From Podarcis bocagei (Eukaryota), in the NCBI GenBank assembly GCA_964188305.1, contig OZ076885.1: a stretch of DNA of 64,000 nucleotides; one strand, given 5' to 3'. Positions 35,902-50,561 of this stretch are shown piece by piece (the first letter of the stretch is position 1; every line of letters begins with the position of its first letter). The notes beneath the pieces were generated by a model, which saw only the letters and a list, made by a program, of their open reading frames with translations, had not been told where the DNA came from and did no database searches. Position numbers and translations under genes: made by a program.

Positions 35902-37402
35902 GAATAATAAACAGAGTTCACATGCTCATTGCCATTTTTGATCCCTTAGCATCTTTGTCACTTTCAAACAAGAAAGATGGATAGAAACGAAAACAGAAAG
36001 AAAGAAAGCTGCAAATCTTCTAGCAAGTGACTGTGGGGTGATGAAAAATGCATCTCAGGTTTATTTTGTCCATTCCTGCAATTTTGGTAATTCAGAGTTT
36101 GTGTCCCTCTAAATTCAAATTATTAACCTACAAAAGAAAGTATTCTTAAATACATCAAAAGCAAATTTTGACAGACTTTGCTCACCCCAGAATTAGAATA
36201 ACTTCAGCATTAAATAGTTGTGGGAATGTAATGGTCAATACCTTTTTGCTTAAAAGCACAAGCCTGTCCTTTGAATTCAATGGTACCTGTGTTCTTTGCA
36301 TGAAAGTGCGTTCTGTCAGGCGAGACATGAGGAGACTATTATAGATAGTGCATTTCTGCATCCAAAAACTTCTCTCTGTGTGTGCTCATGTGTTGGGGAG
36401 AAGTAACCAAATAGGAAATCAGTCCCCCCCCCAGCAGTATGCCGTTTTATTTAGAATGATGTTGTCGTGCTGCTCCTAAGTACAAAAAGTATTTGTTAGG
36501 AACTGTGGGAAAGATCACTAAATCCTCATATAGGTATAGTGCAAAATTGTTTACTAGTGCCAATTTAATTAATTTTAATAGATCAAACACATATTCTATA
36601 TGTATTAACCTAGCAGATTTATAGTGCTATGAGAAGTTAATTTATCTATTCAAGCCATTAGCTCCTGTAATTTAGCTGGATTACACAGTTTAATTCTCAA
36701 GCAAGCCTTTTAAAATCACTGAATAAGCTTCGTATCAAGACCAAGAATCAAGTGGTCAGAGGGAATATTTCTAATGTGCTCTCCAAGATATGACAAACAT
36801 CCTATGCCACTTGGTTTTTATACTGACTTTTTAAAAATATCAAAAAGTACCCAGAGAAGCAGAATACCTGAGGAATTTATTAGGTTCTTTGGAGATTTTT
36901 TTTGTGTGAGGCAGGAAACTTAACCTGAAGTGCCAATTCTTACAGAATTGTTGTTTTCATTTATTTGTAAAACACCAAAATACTAGGTGCTTTTTCTAAC
37001 CCCAGTAACAAGCCCCTGCTTTCTGACTTACAATTTAAGTATAGAAAAGTAGCACAAAGAAGCAGGGCAAGGGATGCAGCAAAGTTTCTTCTTTGACTTC
37101 TGTCCCTCAACCAAGACCACATGAAGGCAATTCTGTAGTTTTTGATTATATAGATAGCTTTTTTTGCAACCGAACTGATTGTCTGTGTTGCTTTTTATAT
37201 TAGTTTAAGATTGTAGTTTTAGTTTAGCTTACCCAGCTTTATCCCTAGTAGCAGCATACTTAAACATGTGAATAAGGGTGGCAGAAATAAGCAACACCTT
37301 TTATGAAAAATCCAGTTTTAGTCAAGGACAACTGTATAGGTTTTGCTTGCAGAACGTTCAGTAAAGCACATGCAATACTAATACCACTGTCTTCTATTTT
37401 AG

Positions 37403-37435
37403 AAATTGGTTGCCCAAATGAAGCAGGATCCACAG
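37403..37435 (+). CDS. PHF21A: PHF21A coding exon 2: KLVAQMKQDPQ
   Basis: TTTTAG acceptor, CAG|GTAAA donor, 33 nt, continues the PHF21A sequence in frame. Confidence 0.95.
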
Positions 37436-38152
37436 GTAAATATGTTTTACACTCTTCAGCATGTTTATATACACTTTTCATTCCTGAAGTCAGAATACAA
37501 ACATTTCTCTTGGTGCATTTTTCACAAAGTGAAATAGAAAAATTCATCAGATTATATATTAAGTATACGGTCTCAATATTATTTCTGACAATGTTTTATT
37601 CACAAGAAGATTCTTAAAAACCATACCATGAGGAAGGTAGTGGTTTGTTTATTTAGTTCACCAAAATTGTAACATTGGAGGTGCATTCATTTTCTTTTCC
37701 CTCATGTATACTATAGACACATTCTGGGGCAAAAGGTTTTAAGTGTGAAATAGCCTTTGGAGATGGGGTGGTGGTTTAATGTTAGATGTATCTTTAAAAA
37801 TAATTTCAGTTTTCTTTAGTGGAGCACATGACTGAAAGAAAATGTGGAGCATATTGTAGGGAACTCCTTGATGCCCTTGTTAATTAAGTCTTAAATGGCA
37901 TTTCATGTCTTCATGAAATACATGAAAATGCCACCCAAATGATGCTAAATATTGAAAAGAGCCATAAAACTGTAGCACCAGGCACTTCAAATAGGCTTCA
38001 CTGTTGTGCTGTTTAAGCAATCCCATTGGTTACAACCTAGAGGCGCTTTATTTATAGCATTCCTATGAGTTTTAAAGTCCTCCTACTTTTCTTTATTAAG
38101 AATTGAAAGAGCTTTCTCACAGATACTTTTTTCCCTCTCTCTTTCTAAACAG

Positions 38153-38218
38153 AATGCTGATCTGAAGAAGCAGCTTCATGAACTCCAAGCCAAAATCACA
38201 GCTTTGAGTGAGAAACAG
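38153..38218 (+). CDS. PHF21A: PHF21A coding exon 3: [22 protein letters not shown]
   Basis: Polypyrimidine tract + CAG acceptor, CAG|GTAGG donor, 66 nt; no later exon found in the window. Confidence 0.95.
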
Positions 38219-38689
38219 GTAGGGAAACTGGTATATTTTTAATAGCATCTTCTAAAGATACGTCTTCTCCCAGCTACCACGAAAACTGTTGTTTTTTTTC
38301 CATGTGTGAAAGTAAGTGTGGGCATCCAACACTTTTTGGCTCTGGTTTGATGTATATAGCAAAACAAAAATAAATATTGGATGCACCAGTCATAGATAAA
38401 GTTTATCTCGTGCAATGTGGTGCTGGAAATTTGTGAGGCAGACTAATATAGAAGTAGGAAGACATTGGAAATAATCACGGTTGTTACAATGTGCCTGTCA
38501 AAATAAGATACTAGGTTTAGTTATTGAACTCCAGATGTATCTGATTCTTTTTTTAAAATCCCACTTACTTCCACATGGTGGGAGGTGGAAGTTGCTGGCC
38601 TTAACAGCTGTGGCTGGATGCCCCCCTTTCTCTCAACTTTTCCTCCTCTGCTGGCTGTGTTGTATGCTGGAGCTCATCTGTGGCTGCGA

Positions 38690-39335
38690 CCAGTAGCAGG
38701 TGTATTATGAGGCATGCCTTGGATGTGGACCAGAAGGAAAAAAGTTTTCCCTCTGGTCCGCTCCTTGACTATAAAAGCCAGCTGCGCCATGGTCCCAGCC
38801 TCAGTTCAGCTTGGGATTCCCTGCTCACTCTTCCCTTATTCTAGATGTTTGTGGGCTGCCCAATAGTATGCAAGCATGTCCCATGGGGTTGCTCTGTTGA
38901 GGAAGCCTTCGGTCACTGTATTCAGGGCCAGGCAGACTCATTTGCATTCAGATTAATTGGGCCTGTCTGGGGGCTTCGCCTACCTCATAGCAACGGTCAC
39001 AAATTATGGCAGATAAGGCATTGGGTTGAATTCTTAGCTTTCATTGAGCAAGGGTGGGCGGACCTCACCCTGCTCCACAGTATCAGAGTATCCCTTTAAT
39101 GGGATCCTTGGGCAGGGGGGTTAGCCCAATTTGATGTACATCATAGGGCAACCTTCAGCCTTGGTTAACCCTGCTAAGCATCTGCCAGGAGTCAGGCTAG
39201 TTGATATTAGGATACAAAACCAATGCCGGCACCAAAAAGTTCTGATATCTGTAAAATTGTGGCCTCTTTAAATCCCAATACTGTTGTCCTGTGTTTTGTT
39301 GCAACTAATGTCACATCTGCCCCACCTTACCCATG
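38690..39335 (+). mobile_element. Possible terminal-repeat remnant of a DIRS/Ngaro or LTR retroelement
   Basis: GC-richer block with TATAAAAG, GGTTAACCC and AAATTGTGGCC..TAAATCCCAA motifs; no ORF or TSD. Confidence 0.3.
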
Positions 39336-42300
39336 GCTCCATTGTGCCTAGGCTCGCAGTTGAAAATCTGGTTGGTTATTGGTTAGATTCAAGGTGCTGG
39401 CCATTGTTTGCCACTTTGGTTTTCATTCCGATGGAGTAGGTGATGGGGGAAGATGGGAGTGCATGACTCCTGAGGTTGCCAAATTGTGGTTTTGCATTGT
39501 GCCTTTTAAATATTTAACAATGGTTCAGTTTAGAACAAAAGTTCTATATGTGCATGTGCATTATAGGCTAAGAGGGAATTTCTAATGAAGTTCCATTTCT
39601 GACTTGAGCCAGTAGAAGACACAAATAAATGTCTTGTGACCTTTTGTAAATTGTATTTCCTCGTGCTTTCCCACCTAAGATATTTGTCATGGCCATTTTG
39701 AAAGTTATACCAAGTGTCATGTACAGATTTTTATTTTTTTGTGCTGAATATAACTACTGCTTTTGCATTGTGAATGGTGGTACTTTACTTTTTAACTGTG
39801 TTGGTATCTGGCTAGGGCATAGGTTTAATTATTTCTGTGCATAAAGCCTTTGTGAATCGAGCTGCTGTTTAGAAAAGGTAGTTAGGAGTACTTACTATTT
39901 CTATCCAAGCTGGTGCACTAGAATTATAGGTAACATTACTGTGGAGTTGCAGCTGTTTATATGCTGTGGGGAGGTTGTTCATAATGTAATACAATTATTT
40001 ATACAGTATCCCATCTTTAATGATAAGGATCCTTCCAAGGCAGTTTACAAATAACAACAACAACATTACCATTAGATGACAGTAAACCTTACCAGCTCAT
40101 CAAGATTCGTCCCACAGGGCAGTTGGTGCCAAGTGACCCTGTGCAGGAGGAGGGGACTGCTCAGTTGGAGCAGGCTGTAATGTTACCTTTGCTTCCCTCC
40201 CTCCCTGTCCTGTTTCCTTCCCCATTTCCCCCTAATGAGGGTGAACTGAGTATCCATGCACCAGTGGAATTGGGAGAACCTATGCACATCAAATCACTGT
40301 GTGTTGGAATCAGCTTCACCTTCTCTCAATATTCAAAGAGTTCTGAACCCCTCCAACACTGTTTTTACTTTCGGCCTCCCAGATGCTGAAAGAATCAAAC
40401 ATAATAGTGTAACAGATCTTCTACCTTTCCATTGATGCAAGATACAATGGTTGCATTTGGGAAAGAGGTATTTAAAACAAACTTGCCTCGCTACTAGAGT
40501 TGTTCAGCAATGGAATAACATTTTATGGAAGGCAGTGAAATCTCCTTGTATGAATGTTCTTAAGAAAAGTGTGAACAGTCATCTGTGGAAAACTGCTTTG
40601 TCATAGAATCACTTATAACAGGGCAGAGGGTGGCCTAGAGTGCTCACTGGGTGAAGTTCAACTCTATTGTATTGCAGTAGTGGAGGGAAAATCCTATAGT
40701 GTTATTTTCCTACCTGCTCTCCCCCACTCCCCACACTGTAAACCACTGCCTGTTTATCTTACCAAAAACTTAATATCCTCAGTATGGAGTAAAATATTAA
40801 ATTAAGGCACTCCCAAGTGTGTACCAATGCCCATGACTATACTGGATCTTTCTCCCTGGGGGTTCAGATATTGAGAGCTCAGTGAGAAGCAGAGGGGGAA
40901 GACAACAAGATAATGTATTTATCGAGAAGTGGAGCCTTTTTATAATGTACTGGAATAATAAGGTACAGGATAATGTAAACCCATTTGTGTTCCTTGGAAC
41001 ATTGTGATATTAATTTATTATGGTTGATTTTTGTATGGAAATCTGTTCCTATATGTACATAGATACTCCAAACCGAAGTTTTTAACTAAAGTATGCTCTC
41101 TTAAATTCAGCTCAACCTAGCGCATGTGGTGGTGCACTGATGGGGACAAAATCCACTGTAGTTCTACATTGTGGTTAAACTTCCTAGTTACAGGAGATGG
41201 AGCTCAAGGAGGCATCATGTTTCTTTTTAAAGAACTGAGTTCAACAATTTCTGCTGCTTACTACTTGAAAAGTAACTGAATCAAGCTGGGTCATGGTCAC
41301 TGTGGCCTGAATCCAATACTGTCAGCATTAACTTTGTTTTTATTTTAAAAGAGGTTGAAATGAGATGGAACATGGTTAAAAGCAGAATGGCAAATGCTTT
41401 ACCTCACAGAATCCTACACATCATAACATTATGCTGATATGTCTGCCACTTCAGTCTCTGTCCTAATTTTCTTCAGTAAAGGTTGCTTTGTTTCTTAATT
41501 CTGTGTCATGAACTATGCAAGTCCCTAGGAAACAGCCAGCAAGAATTGGCTAACATTCTTTCTGAGACTTTAAAGAGGCAACAGCTTTAACTTGTGTTTC
41601 TGAATAATTACCAGGCCCCTAAAATGCAACTGAGTGTTCCAGTGAATGAATGATCAGAATGTTAGCAACTAGTTGTGCACTGAAGGCAAATCTAGTCGGT
41701 TACTTAAAAGTTTTTAAGGTTAATATTGGTGATTTGTTCTCTGAAGTTTGCATAATAATGTGTGTGTCAGTAAATTCTTTAGCTGGTGCAGAGGGCCCCT
41801 GATTGTTTCATGGCAAGTCTGTTGCAATGCCAATAGATGAGTCATACTAACTTACCAATTCATATGTTGAGCCAGGGAGAGAAGGCTGTATATTGATGGA
41901 GAGGCTGTGGTATTAGGTGGAGCAAATTTTGTCTAAAGCTTGGTTTTCTGGCCTGATTTGACAGTCTTTTTAAAAGTCATGTAAGAGGAAAATTAAAAAC
42001 TTAATATTGCTGTGCAGAAATAGATTATAATGGGTAGTAGCTGCTAGTTCTTTCTTCTTACAGAAGTGTTTTCTGGATAAATCACAAGTGTTCTGTACAT
42101 AGGGGAGAAGCATAATTTGGCTATTGTGATGAATTTTTATCTTTTCATTGAGTTGCAGTTTCTAGTATTTTTGTAAGAGCTGTTTTAAAAAGTGATTAGC
42201 TTGCAAATAACATGCAGATATTACCATGCAGCCAGCGTAGAAACACAAGCAGTTGGCATCTTAACAACATTTACCTTTTATCAAGCAAGACTCATGAAGG

Positions 42301-44601
42301 AGGGACAGTCCTCACTCTGCCTGCCCAGTGCCCACTGTGTCTACACCACAACTAGCGTGGAAGTCTAGTGGCTTGGCAGAGAAGGGATGGAGTGATCTGA
42401 ACTCATCCACCGGCCTGCTCACTTGGCTGCATGGAATTCCATGCATTTGCCTATGACTAGCAGGCTACTTTCTTAAATACAAGGCTGATAATAGTAAATG
42501 CTCAGCTTGCTAAATACGCTTACTTAAGCTTTGGAACTTCTCCTATACTGACAGCGTGTCACTTAGGAAATGTGCACTTCAGTGTCAGAAGCTGCAAACC
42601 AGCTTTAGATCATACTGCAGGATTATTTTTGAGGTACTGTTAAATATCAAAGCAGTCAAGTTTTCAATCCCGGGGGCGGGGGGGAGAGGACCTGAAGAAA
42701 GATGAAAACTGTTATTAGGATCGTCGTTCCTAACTTTCAAAACTTTATTGCATTTTGAGATGGCCTACTTTAAGTGTGAAACAAGATGGGGAGTTAGGAA
42801 TTTTAATAACTTTACAACAATATAGTGCACAGTACGCTTTGAGATAGGAAGTCTTCCTCTTTAGTAGATAAAGTTATGTAACTAGAGCGGTTTTGTTTAC
42901 CGTCCCTTTGAATTTCTAAATATCTGCTGCTGACACGAACAGCAAAAAATTCATGTTTATATAGAAAGTGTTTTCTGATGGGCGCTCTTTGTTTTTATAT
43001 TATGTTTTTATACCATAGGGCCCCAATCTTATGCGCTCTTACTTCAGAATAAGCTCTATGAAATTCAGGGGGACTTAACTCAGAATACACATTCACAGGA
43101 TGAGACTGTAAATTGCAAGATTAATCCTTTTACAGGGGAGTGAAGTATGTGTTTATGTCATCCACTGAACCAAATTCTTGTGTGCGCCTCTCTTCCCCGT
43201 TTTCAGAATGCATTTCGGAACTTAAGTGCTCCTTGCTATAGTAAATGTGATTACCCTTCCGCTGCCTTTCTGAAAGAATAGATTTTTCAGGCAACAGTAC
43301 TTAAAGTACTAGCTAGAGGGAGGCATTACTCCCAGTTACAACTGTAGCAAGAATAAGGAAACACTGAAGTAAGCCATTCTCTCTCCCTCCCCCACTCTGT
43401 GATTTCTAACACAGAACAAAAACACAGTAGGAGTTTTTTTTTGGGGGGGGGGGCAGGGATGGTGACAGTTCCATACTGCAAAACACCTCAACGCAATAAA
43501 GGAATTTACTCCCCTATCTTGTTTCTTGCTTTTCTGGCTGTATATGTGACTGTATATGGTACAAGCTGGACTGGACAAGCAATAGTGCATGTAGCAACAA
43601 CTTTGAGATTTGATACCGGTGCATAATGGCCCCTCTGGCAGGTTGGAAAGCTGATTGTAAGGGAGGTTGATTATAGGAAGCCTTTGATCCCACATCTAAA
43701 TATATCTTGAGGAACAAACCAAAACTTCCTATTCTAGTCTCCACCTACTGTTTTTGTGTTTAATATTAGAAAAATGTTCAGAATTGAAGTAGATCCATAG
43801 GATTCATTCCAGGATAATACAACCTATTCTGAATGCCAGTATGCAGAATTTATTTTTACTTTATTTGGGAAGAAGTAAAATATTGTGATACAGGACTTTT
43901 ACCTACAACGCCGCTTCCTTTGCAGGCAATAACATACAGATAATTAATAAAAGTTAATTCTTTTAGAGAGCATATCAGTTGATTTACTTTCATTTGTGAG
44001 TCCTAGAAAACAAGATTTTCCCTGCCATAAGATGTACAAGATCTCAAAAACTGCTGTCAAGTGTAAGCTGCACTTGCAATCCTCCCCGCATCATAAAGCA
44101 GGTGGCAAGGAACTTTTTTGGTTCTGGGGGTCAGGTCTTTATCGGGCTTCACCTTGCAGGCCATCTTTGACAGGTGGGTAGGGCAGTTCACCTGTCAATC
44201 ACATAATGTCACTATGATGCCACATAAAGCAGACATTGGCTCTGGCAGGGACTGTTCCATTGAGCAGCAATGAAGAAAAAGGGGTCTGCTTGCTGTATGT
44301 GCAGTGAAAGAAAGCAAACTCAGTTTTTTATCTGATGCTGATCCTTTTCAGATGCTGAAGAAATCAGTGCAGGACAAGCTTTCCAAGAAGATTCCGCCCA
44401 CCAGCTGATGAAATCCTTGGCATCATCAGATAGGCGGGGTGTGTGGTTTAGAGCAGATATCTACAGACCTTTCAGATCCTGGATCCACTTTTGACCTAAA
44501 CATATATTTGGGGACCCATTTCTTAATCTTTTACCATGTATTTGCATGGCAGTAGTGTTCTTTTTATTACCCACCTTGGGTCAGACTGCGACCCACTAGT
44601 G

Positions 44602-44807
44602 TGGAACTTTCTAAACTTTTCATGTCGGTGACACACTTCTTAGACATGCATCATTTTGTGACACAGTAATTTTGTTTTACTATCAAACTGGAGGTTAAAC
44701 TAACCTCTTTCCAGTCCCTGGAGGAGCATGGGGAGCGTTTGCACCACACACCTACATACTGCAGCCGACACACTAACGTGTCGTGACACACAATTTAGAA
44801 TGCTCAG
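44602..44807. mobile_element. hAT MITE nested in an older hAT-like element
   Basis: Perfect 8-bp TSD CACTAGTG (44594-44601, 44808-44815); removing it restores the palindrome GACCCACTAGTGGGTC. Confidence 0.7.
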
Positions 44808-45204
44808 CACTAGTGGGTCCCAATGCACCAGCTTAGGGGAAATGGTTTCACAGTTCAAATGGGATCCCCTGGTGGGGCCAAATTGGCCCCTGGGTTGGAA
44901 GTTCCCCAGTTCTGCCATAAACCAAACTCAGTTCTTAGTTGTTAGCTTTCTTGGCTGAACTTCAGGCTTTTACTAAATTGCATAATAAAAGTTGCATCCT
45001 CAATAAAACCTTGTATAGAGAGTGCGCTTCTAATTTTCAAAATGCCTTGTAGTGCTAATTTGTGTTTTGTTCTCACAGTCATGCTATTATTTCCTTCTTT
45101 TGGATATGGAAAATTCAGACTGAGAGTTAATGATTTGACCAAAGTCTGACAGAAGTGAGACTTTGATACGCATCTCTCTGACCAGTGTTAGAAACTCAGA
45201 TATA

Positions 45205-45431
45205 CAGTCATACCTATTGTTACATTCAGTTCAGGTTACGTCTTTTCAGGTTGCATCCCACGGCAACCCGGAAGTACCGGAAAGGGTTACTTCCGGGTTT
45301 CGCCGCATGTGCAGACGCGCAATATGACGTCACATGCATGCACAGAAGCGGCAAATCGTGACTTGCGCAGACGCGGGTTACGTTCCTCTCAGGTTGTGAA
45401 CGGATCCTGTTCACAACCAGAGGTACCACTG
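45205..45431. mobile_element. Tigger-like MITE
   Basis: TA-CAGTCATACCT / AGGTACCACTG-TA; internal hairpin AACCCGGAAGTA/TACTTCCGGGTT. Confidence 0.8.
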
Positions 45432-45748
45432 TATAAGCTAATCACCAAATAAGCTAAGCACCTTAAAGCTAGGTTGTGGTTGCCACAATGGAATGTTTAG
45501 GCACCTTTTTTGCAATGTGATTTGTTGTTATTGTTGTTATCCATTTCATTTCTATGCCACTTTATATTTTAAAGAAAAAATATCAAAGCAGTTTGCAATA
45601 CTTTAAAACGTCAAATAAAACAACCCAGAATAATAGAAATTTAAGCTTCAAGGAAAATACTTCATGTCTTTCTCTCTAACTAATTTTGCTTCCCTTATAT
45701 TTTATTTACCTACTTAATTTATATAGCTGCTCCATAAGTACTCTTGGA

Positions 45749-45905
45749 AGCCAGTGTGATGTACTGGTTAGAGTGTTGGACTAGTGCCTGGGAGATCAGG
45801 GTTCAAATCCCCTCTTAACGTACTTCACAGGGTCGTTGTAGGGATTTACTGAGGATGGGGTGAACCACATACTCCTTTGAAAAGAAGGTGGGATATAAAT
45901 CAACA
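45749..45905 (+). mobile_element. Degraded tRNA-derived SINE
   Basis: A-box-like TGATGTACTGG, B box GGTTCAAATCC, GGGATATAAAT end. Confidence 0.55.
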
Positions 45906-47249
45906 AATGAGCTCTTCGGCTTACCTGCTTAAGAAAGCTGGAGGAGTTAGCCGGATGGAGATGTCAGTTGCCATGTGGTCGCAATTGGACCTGCACCAGT
46001 CACAAAACACGCCGGGAACCTGGAGTTTTTTGAATGCTGCCTCTGACTGAACTTCAGCTCTCCTGGAGTGTACTGATTCACTTAAGCCACTGTCTCTTCT
46101 GAGTTTGTACTTTTGTAAAGCTCAGGGCATCCCTCAACCCAAATGCAGTTTAGTGCTTTTTCAGAACACTTGCCCTAGACAAGAAATAAGTTAATTACTT
46201 TTTAGTTGCCTCAAAAGGCCTGTTCTCTCTCCCCTCTCCCAGGAATTATGCTTTAAAGGAAACTTCTTGATCCTAGTATTTAAGAGATATATTACATTGG
46301 TAAAAGGGGATGCAGTTTTTAAGTAATACACATCAACTTTTTAGGAAGGAAGAAGGAAGAATTAACTAGTGTGAAAGCTTGAACACTAAGGGCCAAACTA
46401 GATGTGATGTAGTTGCATGAATTGCAACATGCACCTTTTTAATGATGTGAATAGGAGAAACCTGAGCAGCCACTGGTGGCTTTTCTTGAAAAGCAAACAG
46501 CATCTTTAGAGATGCATGTTTATAGTCAGGAACAAGCAGGGGGAGAAAGAGTTAAAACTCTCCTTCCCACTCCCCATAGTCCCAGTGCTGCTATTTACAC
46601 AACAAAAAAATGCTGATGTCTAATAAGAAACATACCACTGCACCACTTCTGTATGTCCGTAGAGCTGACTCACATATAAGAGGCAATGAATATAATCAGG
46701 GAAGGCAGGTCCACTGGGGCATAGCCTTCCCAGGGAAAATGTAAAGCTTTTAAAAAAAATCCTCAAAATTTCAAAGTCACACACTCTTTCCTGTCCCAAA
46801 CACATTTTTTGCTCCCTTTAAAATACAGAGGCATTTCTGTCAATCAACTCTCTATCCAGCACAGGAGTCAGAATTGCTTCAGAAACAGCCCAGTGGGGTG
46901 GTGGCATTGGCCTAACAGAATCATAAATTGGTTCTAAGTATGCTCAGACCTGTTTTCTTGAAGGCCCAAGAATTAGCAGGGGGTGCTTCTTACTCTGAGG
47001 GTCTTTCTTCTCATTTAGTCCAGTATTTGTTTTGTGACCTTGCTAGAAGAACAAGCAAGCAACAGTGGGTCTCTTTCTGTTATAAATATCCACTTCTTTA
47101 CTTAATTATCTTGCTTTTTTTAAATTGGAGAATTGGAAGTAGAAATGGTGGGATGGCTTGTGTATGTGTTGCAACGAGCTCTATATTAAGCATTTTCCCA
47201 AATTCACTTATTAAAAACTGCAGCAGATGTTGTGGGTGGGACAGGGCAG

Positions 47250-47337
47250 GTAAGGTTGTTGGAAGCCACCCAGAGTGACTGGGGAGGCCCGACCAGATGG
47301 GTGGGGTATAAGTAATAAATCATTACTATTATTATTA
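47250..47337 (+). mobile_element. L2 extreme 3' tail
   Basis: TTGGAAGCCACCCAGAGTGACTGGGGAG..AGATGGGTGGGGTATAA plus an ATT tail, as in the other L2 copies. Confidence 0.75.
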
Positions 47338-50300
47338 AGGTAGGTCTGGGCCATGTCCAGTTCCAGAGTATTTCCAGAAAAAGCATTTGGGAACCCCTGG
47401 CAAGGAATACATATTGAATGCAAAGGAACCCTGCCACTATTATTTCTGCCTTGCTCTTTTGTGAGTTTGTCAGTGAATTTCTAAAAGAAAACTTTTGGGC
47501 TCTGATACTGTCTGGATATGACTCCACATCCTTCCCTACACCTGGAAGATGCTCTCCTAAATCTCAGACATAATAGAGGTTGAGTATAATAAGTCTGGTG
47601 TGATGAACTCTGCACATGAGCAGGACTGAGCCATGCATGCAGATATGTTCTGATGTGCTCTGGCTCAAATGAAACCAAATTCAAAACCTTGTGTCATGTG
47701 ATATGGCTTAATTTCTAAACAAGAGGTATGGAGTCAGTCTTGCCTGAAAATCATACATGGGTCTTCTTACATGGAATCTCATTCCCTTTCCTTAGATGTG
47801 CAGAGAATAATGGATGTGTATGTTTGTTTTTAGAGAGGAGGAGGCAGTGGCACTCTGCACATGTGTAATTGCAAGTCAGAATGTTACCAGTTGCCACTGG
47901 GTAGAGTTCCCCTCTGTTCTGGAATTCTTACAAGTGGTATTAGCCACTGACGTGAAAGACACTCGTGGCAAGGTTTCTCCCTTGAATTTTTACTGCTTGT
48001 ATTGGCCACATTTGAGGAAAAAACAGCACCCTTGCTGTGCATATCTACCTGCCTTGTTCTTTTTCTGTTTGTACTCTAATTATTTTTAAAGATTTGTACA
48101 CAACAAAAATGCATACGAACATCTCACCTCTTTAATAATAATTCAGAGCAGCATATATAGGTTTCCCAGGTGCTCTGTCATCTTTGTGCACTAAACAGAC
48201 CTGCTTAGCTTCAGAAAGGTTGCTGCACTACGTGCCTTTAGACCACTGCCTTGGCCCTTGTAGGGAAGAACAGTAGCTGCCAGATGTAGCAACATTTTTT
48301 GCCATGGGTGATCATGTTCAGATAATTATGAGATACAGAAACACATTCACATGACTAGCACAGCAGGAACAAGCATTACTCTTTCAATATGCTTTCAGCT
48401 GTAGCTGTTGCTGTCTTTGCGCTTTAAATCAGCAAAAGACAACTTGTATGCTGTGTTTTCTGTTTGGTCTAATGGTGTTTGTCTGTTTTGTCAGTGGAGA
48501 CTATGACTAGGGAGAAAATAATACAGATTTTGCCTGGGTTAAGTTTTGTCTGTCTGAAAATTAATTGTAAATATTTGCTTGTTACTTGTACCTGCAGTGA
48601 TGCAATAAATGTTGGTACTAAAAGCCTCCCAAAATTTCCACGAATGTAAATAGAAACATTACATTGCATTGGATCCAAAGGGTGCCTTTGCAAATGCCAT
48701 GTGTGCAACGTAATTTTCCCTCTCCCTCTGAATGCGTTGCCTGTCACAAGCACCTTCTGTGAGAGGGGAGAATTACCCAGATTTGGGTGGAAGTATATGG
48801 GCTGTTTGAACACTGTTTGAGACTCCATTATAGTATTTCTTCTTGATTAAAAATGTTCTATGCAAGAAAATTCATAGTTTTAGATTTGCAGTGATCTCAT
48901 TTTCTAATACCCACCTTTTCAGGTTTGCTTATCTGGGCAAGATGTTTTAGACCATCACTATTAATCATGATGGTATTTAGTGACTCTAATCAGGTATTGC
49001 GAAATTCATTAACAGGTCATTTTTCCTGAAGAAGAAAGGGGAAAAGCAAATGAAGAAACAGGCTACTCCCTCACTGGAAGCATTTGGGAATTTCTGGTCT
49101 CAAAAGCAGAATCATAATAAAGAAAATTCTGACCTTGAAGAAAAGGAAGAGCAGCAAATAACAAGCTATTGCAATGGAAAGGCTGAGAGAGACCAGGGCA
49201 GTTATTGGAACTGAGTGGGCTACTTTTTTGCTTTTTTCTTTGAAAGCACAAAGCCTGTAGAAAAGCCATGTGTTCCAATGCTTTCTGACATTCTGCCCCC
49301 TAAGAGAACTTTTCTTATGGAAAGCACTTCGAACAGTGTTGCTTGTATTTAACATTGTTGGAATTATATACTGTTGCCCTGGTTTCCATAAACCAAGTAG
49401 GGCTGGTGGGGCCCATAACTACAGTTAGCTTTAGGAAGAGTCATAAGGTCTCTAAAGCTTTCACTTTACTGGTTAAAGATCAAGGTCAGTATAGTATTTA
49501 GTTCAGAGTTCTCCCTTCTGTAAGAAATATGGGTCAGGTAGACTGCATGAGGGAACATAAAGTTGACTGTTCATAGGATCTGATTGAGGCACTGGATTGA
49601 AGTAACATAGGCTTTTGTAATTCTATCCAAATACAGTATTTATTATAGCAATTAGGGGGTTTTGCTGTCGTCTTTTAAGAGAGGGGAGGCTATTCTAATT
49701 TTTTTTATTTCTGAGTTCTCTCGTGTGTGTCTCTGAAGTGTTCCATGCCAGTAAGTTGACTGCATGTTGTTTGACAACGTTGATACTGTTGACTATTCCA
49801 TGATGCCAAGAATGCCAGTGTGTCTCAATGGCAACTTACTTTTTACATTTCATTATGGTATTATTTATCAGCAGGTGAGGGCTGCTTACACCCTACTCTG
49901 TAGTGGTCAGGCAAATTTAGCACCAGAGAAAACTTCTCTTATTGGCTGCCATCAATAACTACAGGCATGCTCAAATAGGAACGGTCACCTGTTACATGCC
50001 TCACTATTTAGGAGCACCTGTGATTCCACCATGCTTGCAGTGGGAAGCAGGAAGTGCCCCCTTTATTTATGCATTTCATGGAGAAAGTAGATAGAGATTT
50101 TATTTATTTTAAAAATCTATTTCAAAACGCTAGATGAATGGTATGGATTCTGCCTTACTAGAGTGGAACTCTGCTAACAGAGTATGCTTCTGTTGGCAGA
50201 GGAGAGGTGGCGGTTTCACCAATTGCCCCTTCCCCCTGCAATTTTATAAAATCTGCTCTGGAGGGTTGGCATGGGGTGGCGGCACTGTGGGTTGCATGGG

Positions 50301-50561
50301 GAAAGACCTCCATTTCCGTAAATGGGAACCTCTGCTGGATCTGCTTTGTGGAACAAAATGTCTGGCTTTTATTCTGTTTTAAATATTTATTGTGTATGCA
50401 CCGTATTTTTCGCCCCATAAGACGCACTTTTTCCCCTCCAAAAATGAAGGGAAAATCTGGGTGCGTCTTATGGGGCGAATGCAGGCTTTCGCTGAAGCTT
50501 GAAGAGCGAGAGGGGTCGGTGCGCACCGACCCCTCTCGCTCTCCAGGCTTCAGGAAGATAT

